A stretch of 64,000 bases of DNA from Tricharina praecox (taxonomy: Eukaryota): contig NW_026250403.1 of assembly GCF_024521635.1 (NCBI RefSeq), positions 558,001 to 622,000 of the forward strand. Reading direction: 5' to 3'. Below the pieces are notes generated by a model that saw only the letters and a program-made list of their open reading frames with translations, did no database searches and had not been told where the DNA came from. The translations under genes and the position numbers were made by a program. Below, one piece after another: positions 1 to 11,150 of the stretch (position 1 is the stretch's first letter; every line of letters begins with the position of its first letter).

Positions 1-2168
1 TTGGGGTGTCTCATTCCGGTCGGCCGTGAAGAGAAGCCCATCCTCCCCGCTATATCGTCGGTCATTGCTAGCTCAGCGCGTACGTGAAGGAGGACGGAGA
101 TATCCGTGTCATAGTGGTCGTGATTCTCGTAATGCGATGCGGTTTGAGTGCTTCTCGGTGAGGCAATTTGGCTCTGCAACTCCTTTCCAGAATTCATGTT
201 CAGTAGCATACCTCTTCATACACTAGAGAGAGTGGAACTGGGATCCCCTAGTAGTGAGTTGAAGCTTGTCCGATTGGGCGACACGAGACACTCGATCTCG
301 CGCCTGGCAAGCTCCGTCGTAACTAGAGTATCGGCACTCCGGAAGGGGAAGGATGTCTTTCCATGTTGCTGTCGTTGAGCGCCGTCGGGAGAATCTTGGA
401 ACACGAGCTCGGTTGATGTTTCTCCACCATCTTGGTCTAGTTCGGACAGTCTGAATCGGTATACCTAGTTCCAAAGGCGGAGGCCGAACTGAAAGCGGTT
501 CGAAAGTCCCCGTTGTGAAGCTACCCCGAGGGCCCTGACCGAATTACAGGGATCTCGGGCCACGATCGTGGCGTTGTGAGAGACAAGCTCTATCGCTGAT
601 TATTTTGAGTCGGATGGATCAGACATCCTCCGAGGCTCCGAAGGCCTGGGGGCCATCTGTCTCGGTGTTCTAAGACGACATCGTGACTGTGTAGGAGGTA
701 TCTGCACGATGAGACTGTGATCGATTCTTGTGGCTTGTCGTGCCTTACTACGCTTTCAGGTGTTACGTCAGGAGGGCGCTGATACATGTACCTTGGCAGA
801 ATGAACCTATTCGGTGAAAGCTACGCCGCTGCCGCCCACAGCTACAGCCTACATACCACCATTTCTCTTCTTTCCTCGTGAAGGGACGACTATCAGCGCG
901 CCCCGAAACGTCGACTGGCCCAACCACAGTGCCTGGATCTATCCATCCCATCCATCCGCCGAAATATCCAGTTCCACATCCTCTCCCATCCCCGCTTTCC
1001 CTTGACTCATTGTCGTCTCGCAACCGTCCATTCCAGATCTCCTGCGATAACAACCCCTCCGAAGCAGCAAGGGAGCTCTGAGACTTTCTTCCGTACCTCC
1101 AGAGACCACTCCGTCTACTGGTCACCGGTGAGCGAATCGTTCGCCTGTTTCTTTCGTCTCTTCGGCTATCTAGATAAAATGTACTTCTCCGTTTACCCGG
1201 TTACAATTCTGTGCCATTCGGCTCGACCACCTCAGCCAAGCCGGATAAGAAGTCCGGAGTGGCTTCTAGTCGATTACTCAACCTGGTCGTGGGGCCTACG
1301 CTGATTGTCTCTCCACCAACCAGTCCTACATGGGTTTATGTAGGAGGCTTTGTTTCGAACGGCGACGGGGGATCGAATGGGGGGATTATACATCATGACC
1401 AACACGCCGAGCATGAGTGGATCAACACACCCACAAGATCGAAGTCAGTGCCCTACGGACGCTCGTTGAAACAGAAGTTTATGCACGGCCGGAGATGATG
1501 ACGACGACGAGGATGCATTTATGTAACGGCTGCGGAAATGCTTGCAGGAGGCCGGCGCGCGCACCAACATCTGGGAGCATCGGCAAACGCACTCGAAGAG
1601 TTGTCGGACGGTTAGATACCGTGACGCGGAGCTATTGCTGTCGGTGACGAGTCCGTGGGGGTCCGTCCATTCTCCAGCCGACTCGCAGGTATGATGGATG
1701 CGAGCCCAGGGCGTTGTCCTGACGATCACTTTAGCGAAAACAAGCTGGGGGGCCGCGTGGGGATGAGACAACCGAGATGCCGCGCCAGTGATCCCAGATC
1801 CCATGCCCAATCAGATGGCGCCCCAGGGAAGACGGCTGTCTCCACTTCTGCTGCATGCGCCGCTAAGCAGGGTATCCTTCAGATCGGCAACGAAACGCGG
1901 AGATGGCAGAGTATGCTCCTCTAAAAGCTCTCCCTTCCCCTGATTTTCTCTCAGCGATTCCATGGGTTGTGGGGTTGGCTGGCTGGGCCATAGGGGTTAG
2001 TATGCTTGGTTACTAGTATACCGCCACGTCTCCCTGGATTCAACTTCGGAAACCCGACCGACCGACCGACACTTCGATGCCCACCCTCGCCCTGAGTATA
2101 GTACTACCGAGCATCCAAGTTTCCTACTGGCGAATACACACAGCACTCGCGCGCCTTACTCCGACTCG

Positions 2169-3821
2169 ATGGGTATCAATGGAACCTCAACACTGGCACT
2201 CAACGCTGATGGACAGATCGTCGCCGCCGCAACGCCGCCCGCCGGCGTCACATCCAATTTCAACAATCCCGACTGGACGGGCGACAATGTGGTCAAAGCA
2301 AATATCGTGGCGCTGTCAACTTCAGCCATCTTTCTAGGACTGAGACTTTACACGAGGGTTTATCTTGTGCGTCAACCGGGACTGGATGACGGTGCGTTTT
2401 CCTTCCTTTCTTCCGTAGGATTTCTGAATGACGAGTGCTGATTGGGAGTTCGATCAGTGTTTGTCTTACTCGCATGGGTGCGTGTCAATTCATGCACGGG
2501 ACGGATGGTGATGGGCATCGTATGTACTGACTAACTCTGTGAAGCTTTTCTCCCTCGCCTTGGGCATCACGACCTGCATAGAGGCGACACGCTATGGATT
2601 GGGCTCGCACATATGGGATGTCAAGCTGTCACTCTATAGCCCCCACTTTCTCAAGGTAACCATCTACACTTGTTGTGTTGCACGGCATGTCCGAATGGAA
2701 TGCATACTAACAGGAACGTCAGCTCGATATTGTCAGCCAAATATTCTACTTTCTAGCCAATATGTTCATCAAATGCTCGATCCTTTACTTCTTGCTACGG
2801 GCCTCAGCACGGCTCTCCGGTCCCATCCGTTGGTACCTGTGGAGTCTGCTGACCTTCTCGGTTCTCTACAATATTGCTTGTGAGCATACCTGCCTCTTGA
2901 CATCACTTCACGGCTGCTAACCGCTGGCAGGCATCTTCAAGATCATTTTCAGCTGCAATCCCGTCCCGGCACTTTGGGACGTAACACTGATGGCCGGCGC
3001 CCATTGCGTCAACCCACACCAAACCTTCGTCGCCGTCGCCTGCATCAACGTTGTGACGGATATTCTTGTGCTCATATCGCCACTGCTGTTGTTCATAGGA
3101 ATAGAGATGCCGGTACGCCAGAAGATTGCCGTGATTGGATTATTGACTATTGTGAGTGCCTACTCTCACTGCCGTCACTGAATATTCGACTGACTAAAAT
3201 ACAATACAGGGTGGACTGTAAGCGCATACTATGCCTCCATCCAATTCCCCCCACTACCACCTGACTAACATTCTTTCTAGAGCCTGCGTCTTCAGTATCA
3301 TCCGCCTCGTAACTATCGCCCGCCACGACCACCTTGGCGACAACACGCGCTCACTCGTCGCAACCGTTTGCTGGTCCATCCTCGAGGTCGGCAGCGGCTG
3401 CGTCTGCGCCTGTGCCGCTTGTTTGAAGCCCTTTTTTCGCCATCACTTCAAGTGGTTTCCTTCTACCAGCTCCTCAAAAATGGCACCTAGCTCCTACGTC
3501 CTCGGTTCCCTATCCACACAGAACTGCGAGACTCTGCGTCTGCGCCCCGACGATGGGCCGAATGGCGTCAACACCTCCACCGTCACCACAAATAAGCATA
3601 ACTTCCAACGCCCAAAACCGGCACGGATCTATCCGCGCCACCTCTTGCCGCAGGGTGCGCCGACGGATAGTAGCCAGGAGGATCTGATAGTACCTGCAGA
3701 AGCTAGAAGGGAACGGATTGTGGTTACGGTTACGAGTGATTTCGGAGTGGTCGAAGACAGAGTCGCAAGCCCGGTTGCGCCGGCGGTGGAGGATACGAAG
3801 GGTAGGAAGCGGTGGTGGTAG
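2169..3821 (+). CDS. PTH11-like (fungal rhodopsin-domain, CFEM-less) integral membrane receptor; 7 exons
   Basis: Manual splice: exons 2169-2391, 2458-2477, 2545-2655, 2723-2879, 2931-3151, 3210-3217, 3281-3821, all GT-AG with CTRAC/CTRAY branch sites. Family motifs PPAGVTSNFNNP, LRLYTR..LVRQPGLDD, YGLGSHIWDV, NVVTDILVL, RQKI..GGLACVFSIIR, WSILEVGSGCVCAC. Confidence 0.88.
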
Positions 3822-4318
3822 ACAGCTATGGGCCTTTGGCGTTTCATGTTTGGCGTTTTCTGTTTACATGGTTTCATGAGGCGTTAGGGTGTATCTCGGT
3901 GTGATGTAATGTTGCTCAATACGGATTAATGGATTGAAAGTGCGATTCGACGTTGGGGTTGTCTGTCGTCTTGCAGACCGTTCCGTTTAACCAATTACTC
4001 TCCTATGTAATTGGCCACATATGCTGCTCGAGCAAGAGCTGATGTCAGCCGGATTGAAGAGTGTACTCGGGGAAAGCTAAGTTGGAAGCCACCTCAACAT
4101 TAGCAACACCCTCAACCGTCGTGATCGATCAAGATTGCGACTAGACGAAAGGCTCGTCGTACAATACATACTTCCGCATTCTCAGCCGTCTCGGGTACGG
4201 GGGGGGTAGGCGCGAGGTATCCACGCGTCGCGCGTATATCATACACTCCGACGGGACGTGACGGACCCCCGCCGGCACGGGATCGGTGTTTCACGTGGGG
4301 AAGCTTAGAGTAAGTACA

Positions 4319-4584
4319 TCTCTTATGTAAGCTCAGCTCTCGGGTAGACACCGAGTAGAGTTACGAGTATATATCCTGCTCGGCCACGCGCCGTGAGTGA
4401 ATAGCTCATGGGACGAACACCTGCCAGAAGAGCAAAACGTCCAGTAGACAGCGATGTACCTACGCGCCCCCGCCACCAGCGAGGAACTCCTCCCACCTTC
4501 TTCACCGCTGTGAGTCAGGATTAATTAGACGCTCGATTTGCTGCTGTATTCGAGTCTTCGACCCGCCGGGTCGGTACTATCTAG
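4319..4584 (+). mobile_element. Probable non-autonomous Helitron (266 bp)
   Basis: 3' end: GC-rich hairpin TCGACCC-GCC-GGGTCGG (4558-4574) ending 10 nt before the terminus CTAG (4581-4584), followed by T. Candidate 5' end A|TCTCTTATG at 4319. No TSD, A|T insertion site. The 5' boundary is less certain than the 3' one. Confidence 0.5.
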
Positions 4585-4887
4585 TACCCCATGTAGGTAT
4601 GTGCGCGTTCGCACGCTCTCGCTCTGGGTACGCCTTCACGCATTATCACTCGCGCTGTGCTGCGGGAGCAAATTCGACTTCCGGTTGCAGACCCCGCCTA
4701 AAGCGTCCAACAGAGAGGGTGAGCAGGGTGCGGAGGGCGCGGAGGAGATCGGCCATTGTGAAGGAATGGCACGGGGGAGGTATCGGGTCAGGAAACGCGC
4801 TTCATGCTCTAGCTTTTCCGCTGGTTGCCCGGGCGGGGCGGAGACGTGCGTGAATGTGTACCCATCGGTTGGTGACAGGAGCAAAAC

Positions 4888-5976
4888 AAAAAACCTCATC
4901 CCCTCGCACAGCGGCCAGGAAGACGATGTTTTTTGTTTATAAGGAAAACCCGAAGATAAAAAACCTCTCCATGTGAGGGGCGGTATGTCAGTTCGCTCTG
5001 CTCTTGCCACGCTGTTGTGCTCGTTCTTGGCTCTTGAATATTGGCTCTTGACTCTTGACTCTTGACTCTTGACTCTTGACTCTTCACTCTTGACTCTTGG
5101 CTCTTGGCTCTTGGCTCTTGGCTCTCGGCTCTCGGCTCTCGACTCTCGACTCTTGACGGATGGAAAGCGGAGGGGGGAGGGGGCGGGGAAGGAGTAGCTG
5201 CTGTGAAGAGGAAGAGAAAGGGAGAGGAAAGGAGGGAGGAGGGTATTTATGGGTGGTGCGGGCTTGGAATTAGAGTTGCACTAGCAACATACAATTTGGT
5301 GAATCAAGAATTGAAGCATAAAGTGTAAGCTTGCACCGGAAATTTTCGGTCCAGTCCGCCCACGGGCCGAGATTCATTCCATCCTTGATTAGATGTGATA
5401 TATCTTGATTATGACAAAACCCATACGGTATCCAGGTATATATCACCCCAGACTGTAGCTAAGTATATCGGCACGATCTGGCAGCCCAGTTTCTAACGCT
5501 GCCCAAAGCCGCGTCTGCCGTCCGGAATAGAGCATGAGCAGGTGGCAGAAGAGATTGACTATAGGCAATCGGTGGCGGGGTAGAGATACCAGGCCTACGC
5601 GCGCCTTGCTCTGTCTTTTCTGCTGGTTGCCCGGGCGGTGGGCGGGGCAGTGGGGTGACGGATCAGGCCGATCTACCTACAGCCTGGGCGATATTCGGAC
5701 AGTGTAAGCATTTTCGTCATATAGATAGATCGCATACAACTTTTCAATGATGGAACAAAACTGACGAGAATTTCGTCTCCGTCCCCGTCCGTGGGCGGAG
5801 ACCGAAGCTTTCCGGTGCAAGCTTACACTCCATGATCCAATCTTCGACCCCCCAAATTCTCTATGAGAGCGAACTGACATACCGCCCCTTACGTGGAGAG
5901 GTTTTTTACCTTCGGGTTTTCCTCTGTAATAAAAATATCATCCTCCTGGCCGCTGTGCGAGGGGATGAGGTTTTTT
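4888..5976. mobile_element. Degenerate long inverted-repeat (foldback/TIR) element relic
   Basis: 4888-4999 is the reverse complement of 5866-5976 (aaaaaacctcatcccctcgcacagcggccagga...ggggcggtatgtcagttcgctct), and ~5293-5365 is the reverse complement of ~5789-5858 (agtgtaagcttgcaccggaaa...). No transposase ORF and no clear TSD. Confidence 0.65.
5024..5157. repeat. Heptamer tandem array (CTCTYGR)n, about 19 copies
   Basis: ctcttga/ctcttgg/ctctcgg/ctctcga units in tandem, read directly. Confidence 0.95.
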
Positions 5977-6684
5977 ATGTACGAAGCGAAGGGGCGGTTA
6001 TATTACAGCAAGCTCGTCAATATCCTTCGGCGGATAGCTATCCGGATGGGACCTTGGGTGGATCGGCTCGGCATGGAAAGCTCGACCGGGCGATGAGCGG
6101 ACTGGGGCAGAATCCAGATGGGAGTTCAACCCGTGGAATCCTTAAGCCTGACGCTGCTACCGATGGTCGGTGTGGCTTGTGGGGTGGAGGTTGTTGTTTA
6201 CGGCGTGGGGTCCCCCACCACATCACTGAACTGCACTGGATGTCGTTCGTGCATTGGTCAGTGTGGGCTGTGTGAGCCCGAGATGGGGATCCGCCCGAAC
6301 CCCCAGCACCCGTCCTTCACAAACCCTTGAACACTTGGATTGTATATAGGCCTGCACTTTGGAGTTGAACTTGATAACACAATTGCCTCCTAGTGATGGA
6401 TAGGGTATAGATATCAGTGACGCCTGCATGGTCATTCAGGACCTTAGCGCTTCAGCGTCTATAACTCATTTTCCTACTGCAGTTGCTTATCTTCAGATCA
6501 AACGCGTTCTTTTCCTTAGACTTCAGTCTCCAGCTTAGCGGACCGCCCCCGCGTATAGTTACATAATCTACCGCGCAGTGATGGATATACGAAATCAAAA
6601 CCAGAAATCAACGAACACGAGAAACGATAGTACATCCCACGTACGTGTTAAGGCAGATTTTATGTTCATACCCGGCGGCAGCCA

Positions 6685-7830
6685 TTACCATGCAGACTGC
6701 TGAGAGGCCTTGAAGCTGTAGTCTCCCCCGAACTCGACCGCAGCACCTTCAAAGGTCGTGTCCTCGACCAAATCCCATCCCAGACCCCAGCCCCTCTGGA
6801 AAGCTTTGACTCTGACATACCCCTCGAAGGTTTCATACGCATAGGTATTACCATGTCCATCTGCAAGCGGGCAGCACAATCCCAGCCACCCCTCATGGTT
6901 TGGTGGCGCAGAGACTTCAACCACCAGCTTCTTGGATAGCGACGCCATCTCAAACCGCGCGGTGCCCTTCTTCGAGTTGATTGTCTCGCCTGCGAACGGG
7001 GTCGCGCAGCAGAATGGCATCAAGGTGAAAGGTGGACGAAGACTCCACTGGATCTTCTCGGACCTGTAGCCGAGGAGGTACGCCTTCTGACCCATGATCT
7101 TGCCGCCGGCCAAACAGAACGTGCGGAGTCCCTCGGCCTTCAGGGGTTTCGAGAAACTCTGGACCCACGTCCAACCGGCAGGAAACGAAACGCCCCAATT
7201 CTTTTCCAGGTGCGCAATTCCGGTGCCCTTCTCGACGACGACACCGTCGCGGCGGATATCGTACTCGGCCGAAGACGCGGTCGAGAAGACATTCCAATGA
7301 AGCGGCAGAAGGAAAGTCAGGACCGAGAAAATGCCTTCCGGCGTCGACAATTTGTCTCCTGCAGACCACGGCGTGCGTTGCGTGATATCAATAGACACCT
7401 CGATCTTGCCCTCCGCGGTATCCAGCTCGAGCCTGTACCGCTGCTCGTCGCGACATACTCTGTAGGTGCCCTCGACTCCGTCGCCTTTCGCGACTCGGCC
7501 GAATTCCTGCGTGCCGTCGTTGGGGTGTGTGGGTCCAGCCGTTTCCGCGATGTGCGGGAACTTGTCTACAACGATACGGTTGTTGCCGCCGCGAGGGAAA
7601 AGCGAGAAATGCACGAGATGGGGCCGATCGGTAGCGGAGAAAACGGATGAAAATATAAGGAGGATTGTGGATCCTGTCGCGGTGACGATTCGCGTGTAGT
7701 ATCCCTCGAATGGGGCTCCGGGGTGCGACGCGTAATCGTCTGTCTTGGGAAGGAATCTAGCAAGAGGGGTGAGGTTGAGGAGGAGTTTGAAAGGCTCCAC
7801 GAGTAGCGACTTCAATACGGAGAAAGCCAT
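6685..7830 (-). CDS. Tocopherol cyclase-like protein (381 aa, intronless)
   Basis: Single ORF with the motifs HPGAPFEGYY (cf. FEGWY), PLHWNV, GIAHLEKNWGVSFPAGWTWVQ (cf. EKNWG.SFP..W.W.Q) and C-terminal AAVEFGG, typical of the tocopherol cyclase/VTE1 family. Confidence 0.82.
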   Translation of the reverse strand: MAFSVLKSLLVEPFKLLLNLTPLARFLPKTDDYASHPGAPFEGYYTRIVTATGSTILLIFSSVFSATDRPHLVHFSLFPRGGNNRIVVDKFPHIAETAGPTHPNDGTQEFGRVAKGDGVEGTYRVCRDEQRYRLELDTAEGKIEVSIDITQRTPWSAGDKLSTPEGIFSVLTFLLPLHWNVFSTASSAEYDIRRDGVVVEKGTGIAHLEKNWGVSFPAGWTWVQSFSKPLKAEGLRTFCLAGGKIMGQKAYLLGYRSEKIQWSLRPPFTLMPFCCATPFAGETINSKKGTARFEMASLSKKLVVEVSAPPNHEGWLGLCCPLADGHGNTYAYETFEGYVRVKAFQRGWGLGWDLVEDTTFEGAAVEFGGDYSFKASQQSAW

Positions 7831-9874
7831 TGTTGTCGACTGTCAACTTGTGATTGTCGAAGTCAAGTCTGGAGAATGAAGAGAGCCCGGCTGGGAGAGT
7901 GCGAGGAAGTTGGCCGATGATGTCATTCCAGGCTAACTGCAACTTGCACCACTGTCCTCCACTTGTGGTCACTCGAGGACCAATGAACCTAGCCAAGGCT
8001 CTTTGTCGAGTGAGAGGAGGTGAAGTCTCCAGATGGGTCAACTTGTCATGTGCGACTAATTATGACAGAAATGGAAAGGGAAGTGAAGTTATGCCTACAG
8101 TGGAACTATGGGACATCTCAGTGTTAATTGACACTTCGAGAAGCAAGCGGAAACGATCACCCGAACTGACAAAGCATCAAGCGTCAGCGTCTAGAAGAAG
8201 CACCAGAAGGGCGTGTCTCATAACAATTGTAAGGCTATTCCTCCATCTGTGGTACTATGAGGCATATATATCACCTGATCACCGAGAACTCAATCATGGA
8301 AGGTATTAAAACAAAAGGCTCCCTACGCTCCGAAGCTTCAAAGGCTAAGCCTGGCCGCCCGTGGACGAGATTTTCTGTACCCCCGCCGATCAGGAGCGTG
8401 AGGGAAAGGGCATCAAGATGCATACTAAAGTTTCGCGAAGATGCAGCTCCTTGACTGTCCAGAGGAGCCAAGATGTGTGTTTCCGGTGGGTGACTACAGG
8501 GGGAAATTATCGGGGTGCTGTTGGCATCAGATGATGAATCCGACAAACAGTATCATATTCACAGGAAGATTTTGATCACAAATAAACACCGAACCCATAA
8601 CTTGGAACAGGGCGGGTAGCTCGGTATGAATGAAGTGGATGTTCGGATATGGCGTTGCTTTTCTTGGGTAGCAACGGGGTGGTCCAGTTCGAGAGCATAG
8701 CCTTCGGAACCGTGACCAAACCGTATGATCCGACAACGTAAGGCTGAATATTCAGTGTTAAATGCACGCACATGCACATGTACCATTGTGCGGTTTCTGG
8801 AGCTTTCTTGAATATCTGAGCCATGGTACTACCAAAATCGGAAACGATCCCGGAACCTCGCAACCCACCGCACTCTCTACCAGCTTACAATCCTCAGCGG
8901 CGATCCACCCTCTCTCGCTTCCGCAGTTACCATGTCCAAGGTGCATCTTCTATCGTGGTTGTGATACGCCTCATGTATTCGGGTCTTTATCCATGAACAT
9001 TAATAAACACAAAACATAATTCGTGGTACTCGCGTGGGGTTCAAATCGTCTACAAGCACATGTGGGGCGTAGATATGGAAGCTGTCTGATTCCCGGTGAT
9101 TCTGGTCCTTCAGCTGTACCCAAACCCCGACCCCACCACACCACCGAATCAGAGGCTTTCGATTCAGGGCCGGGTTGTCGAGTACAAGCCACCAGACAGT
9201 GACTGGCTCTTACCGCAGAAAAATATCCAGAGGGCCAGTTATCGGTCGAGACTCGTCGACGAGTTGGTAATGCTGACGTGACGGCCAGTTGCAGAGATAG
9301 AGCCTGTTGGAGACCGATACGATCGACACCAGTCCGCACCACCGGCAATCTGCATAATTCGAAGGCATAAGCACTGTAACTGCCGTATACCGCTGCAGGA
9401 ACGGTTCCAGAGCAAGGGCATCGGATCAATTGCTGAGAACGAAAGATGATATATGGCACACCTCTCGAGTACCCGGGTTCTTGCGTGGAGAGTATGTAAC
9501 TCACCGTGAATTCGGCGAATAGAAGGAGATTTAGTCAATCATGGAGGATGCTGCCAAAAGGCTGTTTTTTGTTATGGCATCTAAATCGAGCAAAGAAACG
9601 ATCAGTCCAATCCAGATTCACCAGGCAATGCTGGAGCTCAGTGGGAGAAACATTGCATAATTGTGTGTATTATGTACCTTATGAGCCGAGCTGTCAATCA
9701 AGTCTTTACATACCGTGAGGGAGCTCACCGACTGTAGGTGTTGCGAGATCAATGATGAGACTGATGAAATGTGCCGACTTGGCTTCGGCGATGCAGGCAT
9801 TCTTGTTGAAGCGAAGGAGTAAAACGGGTAATGTGCGGTCGTGCCATTACCGACGTCGATACTCTAAAATACTT

Positions 9875-10693
9875 TTTTAAACGGTTTTTATCGCCCATGT
9901 ACCCCTCAAGCGCCAAAATATCGCCCATGTACCCCTCTATCCTCGATGTACCCCACACAAAATTTCATAATTAAAGTAGGTAGGGGAATTCTCCACCACA
10001 ACAAAACAGATTTTAGTTCTACCTCCATATGTGGCTGCCTTTTTCTGGGGAAAGGTATAGAATGCCCGCGGTGGAGCTAAACCGATACCCGGTGCCCTCG
10101 TCGGTACGCAAAACCCTCACCAGCAAGATACTCTCACCAGCCAGATACTCTCACCAGCCAGCCACAGCAATGCTGCTGAAAGTGAGATAGAAAAACAATG
10201 CACCCCGAGATATTGTAGTATTATCATCGAAATAATTTTACTGAGAATTTCCGTGTATTGCATAACTGTGTAATGGCCAATTTGTCTCCAGTCGCGCGTT
10301 GTAAACAGCGTAGACCAGATGAGTGGAATTTGCGCTTGAGTCATAAAAGTTACTGACTCGCTATGCGCACATCTAGTGACTTGTCATTAAGATGGATTAA
10401 CTCGCCACTAAAGTTAATGGACCCGCCACTTAATTGGATTGACTCGTCACTGAAATACCAACCAAAAATTTACTTCTCAACCGATAGAACATATAACCCC
10501 CGAAAAAAATCGTTATAAAAATTGGAAAAGCAGCACCATAGCGAGCTTCAGTGCTTCAATAACATAGAAAATGTGGTGGAGAAACAAAATCTGTTTTTTT
10601 GTGGTGGAGAATTCCCCTACTTTAATTATGAAATTTTGTGTGGGGTACATCGAGGATAGAGGGGTACATGGGCGATAAAAGCCGTTTTTAAAA
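9875..10693. mobile_element. Non-autonomous foldback/TIR element (~820 bp, arms ~125-155 bp)
   Basis: Left arm 9875-10030 (aaacggtttttatcgcccatgtacccctc...tatcctcgatgtaccccacacaaaatttcataattaaagtag...ctccaccac) is the reverse complement of right arm 10571-10693. AT-rich interior with short tandem repeats and no credible ORF. Confidence 0.8.
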
Positions 10694-11150
10694 TCCATCC
10701 GCATTAGGCCAGCAGCATCCATATGGGTCTTTGCAGTGAAGGTGTGGCCCGGTCCCTACTAATATTTGCCGTAACTCGGCCGTGTCTACCCTTTCCTCTC
10801 CTTCTCGACTCGTCCGCCCTTGTTCTCCTTCCTCGTTACCTATTCATATGTACTCATCTCAGTCTTCATCGCCATCTCATACTTAATATACCTCTTTTAC
10901 CTCCTTCTGATCTCTAATTGATCTTCCCGCCTGGTACAGCCAAGATTTAGACGTCAAATATTACAGCCAGTGAGTATCTGTCCACGTATCCTATTGCCCC
11001 TCGATTGTCCTGCAATCATCTTGTGAGAATCCGGACTTATACCGCTCAGTACTCTTCAAATAGTCCTGATTTCACTACGGATTTACGCTCCTCCTAGATA
11101 CACAAGTCGACTAATCATACGTCCCTAATATCTGATCTACCAACACAAAA

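Noticed and set aside
480..520. GTTCGA T-loop-like words here and at ~60961 and ~62966
   Set aside because: No cloverleaf stems or A-box could be built, so not tRNAs.
1..1950. Short ORFs at the window start, including a minus-strand frame open to the left edge after one TGA
   Set aside because: No recognisable motif or consistent splice model; may be a relic but is unsupported.
4326..4648. Solo LTR (TG...CA with a TATA-like box)
   Set aside because: No matching TSD and no second copy; the Helitron-type termini explain the region better.
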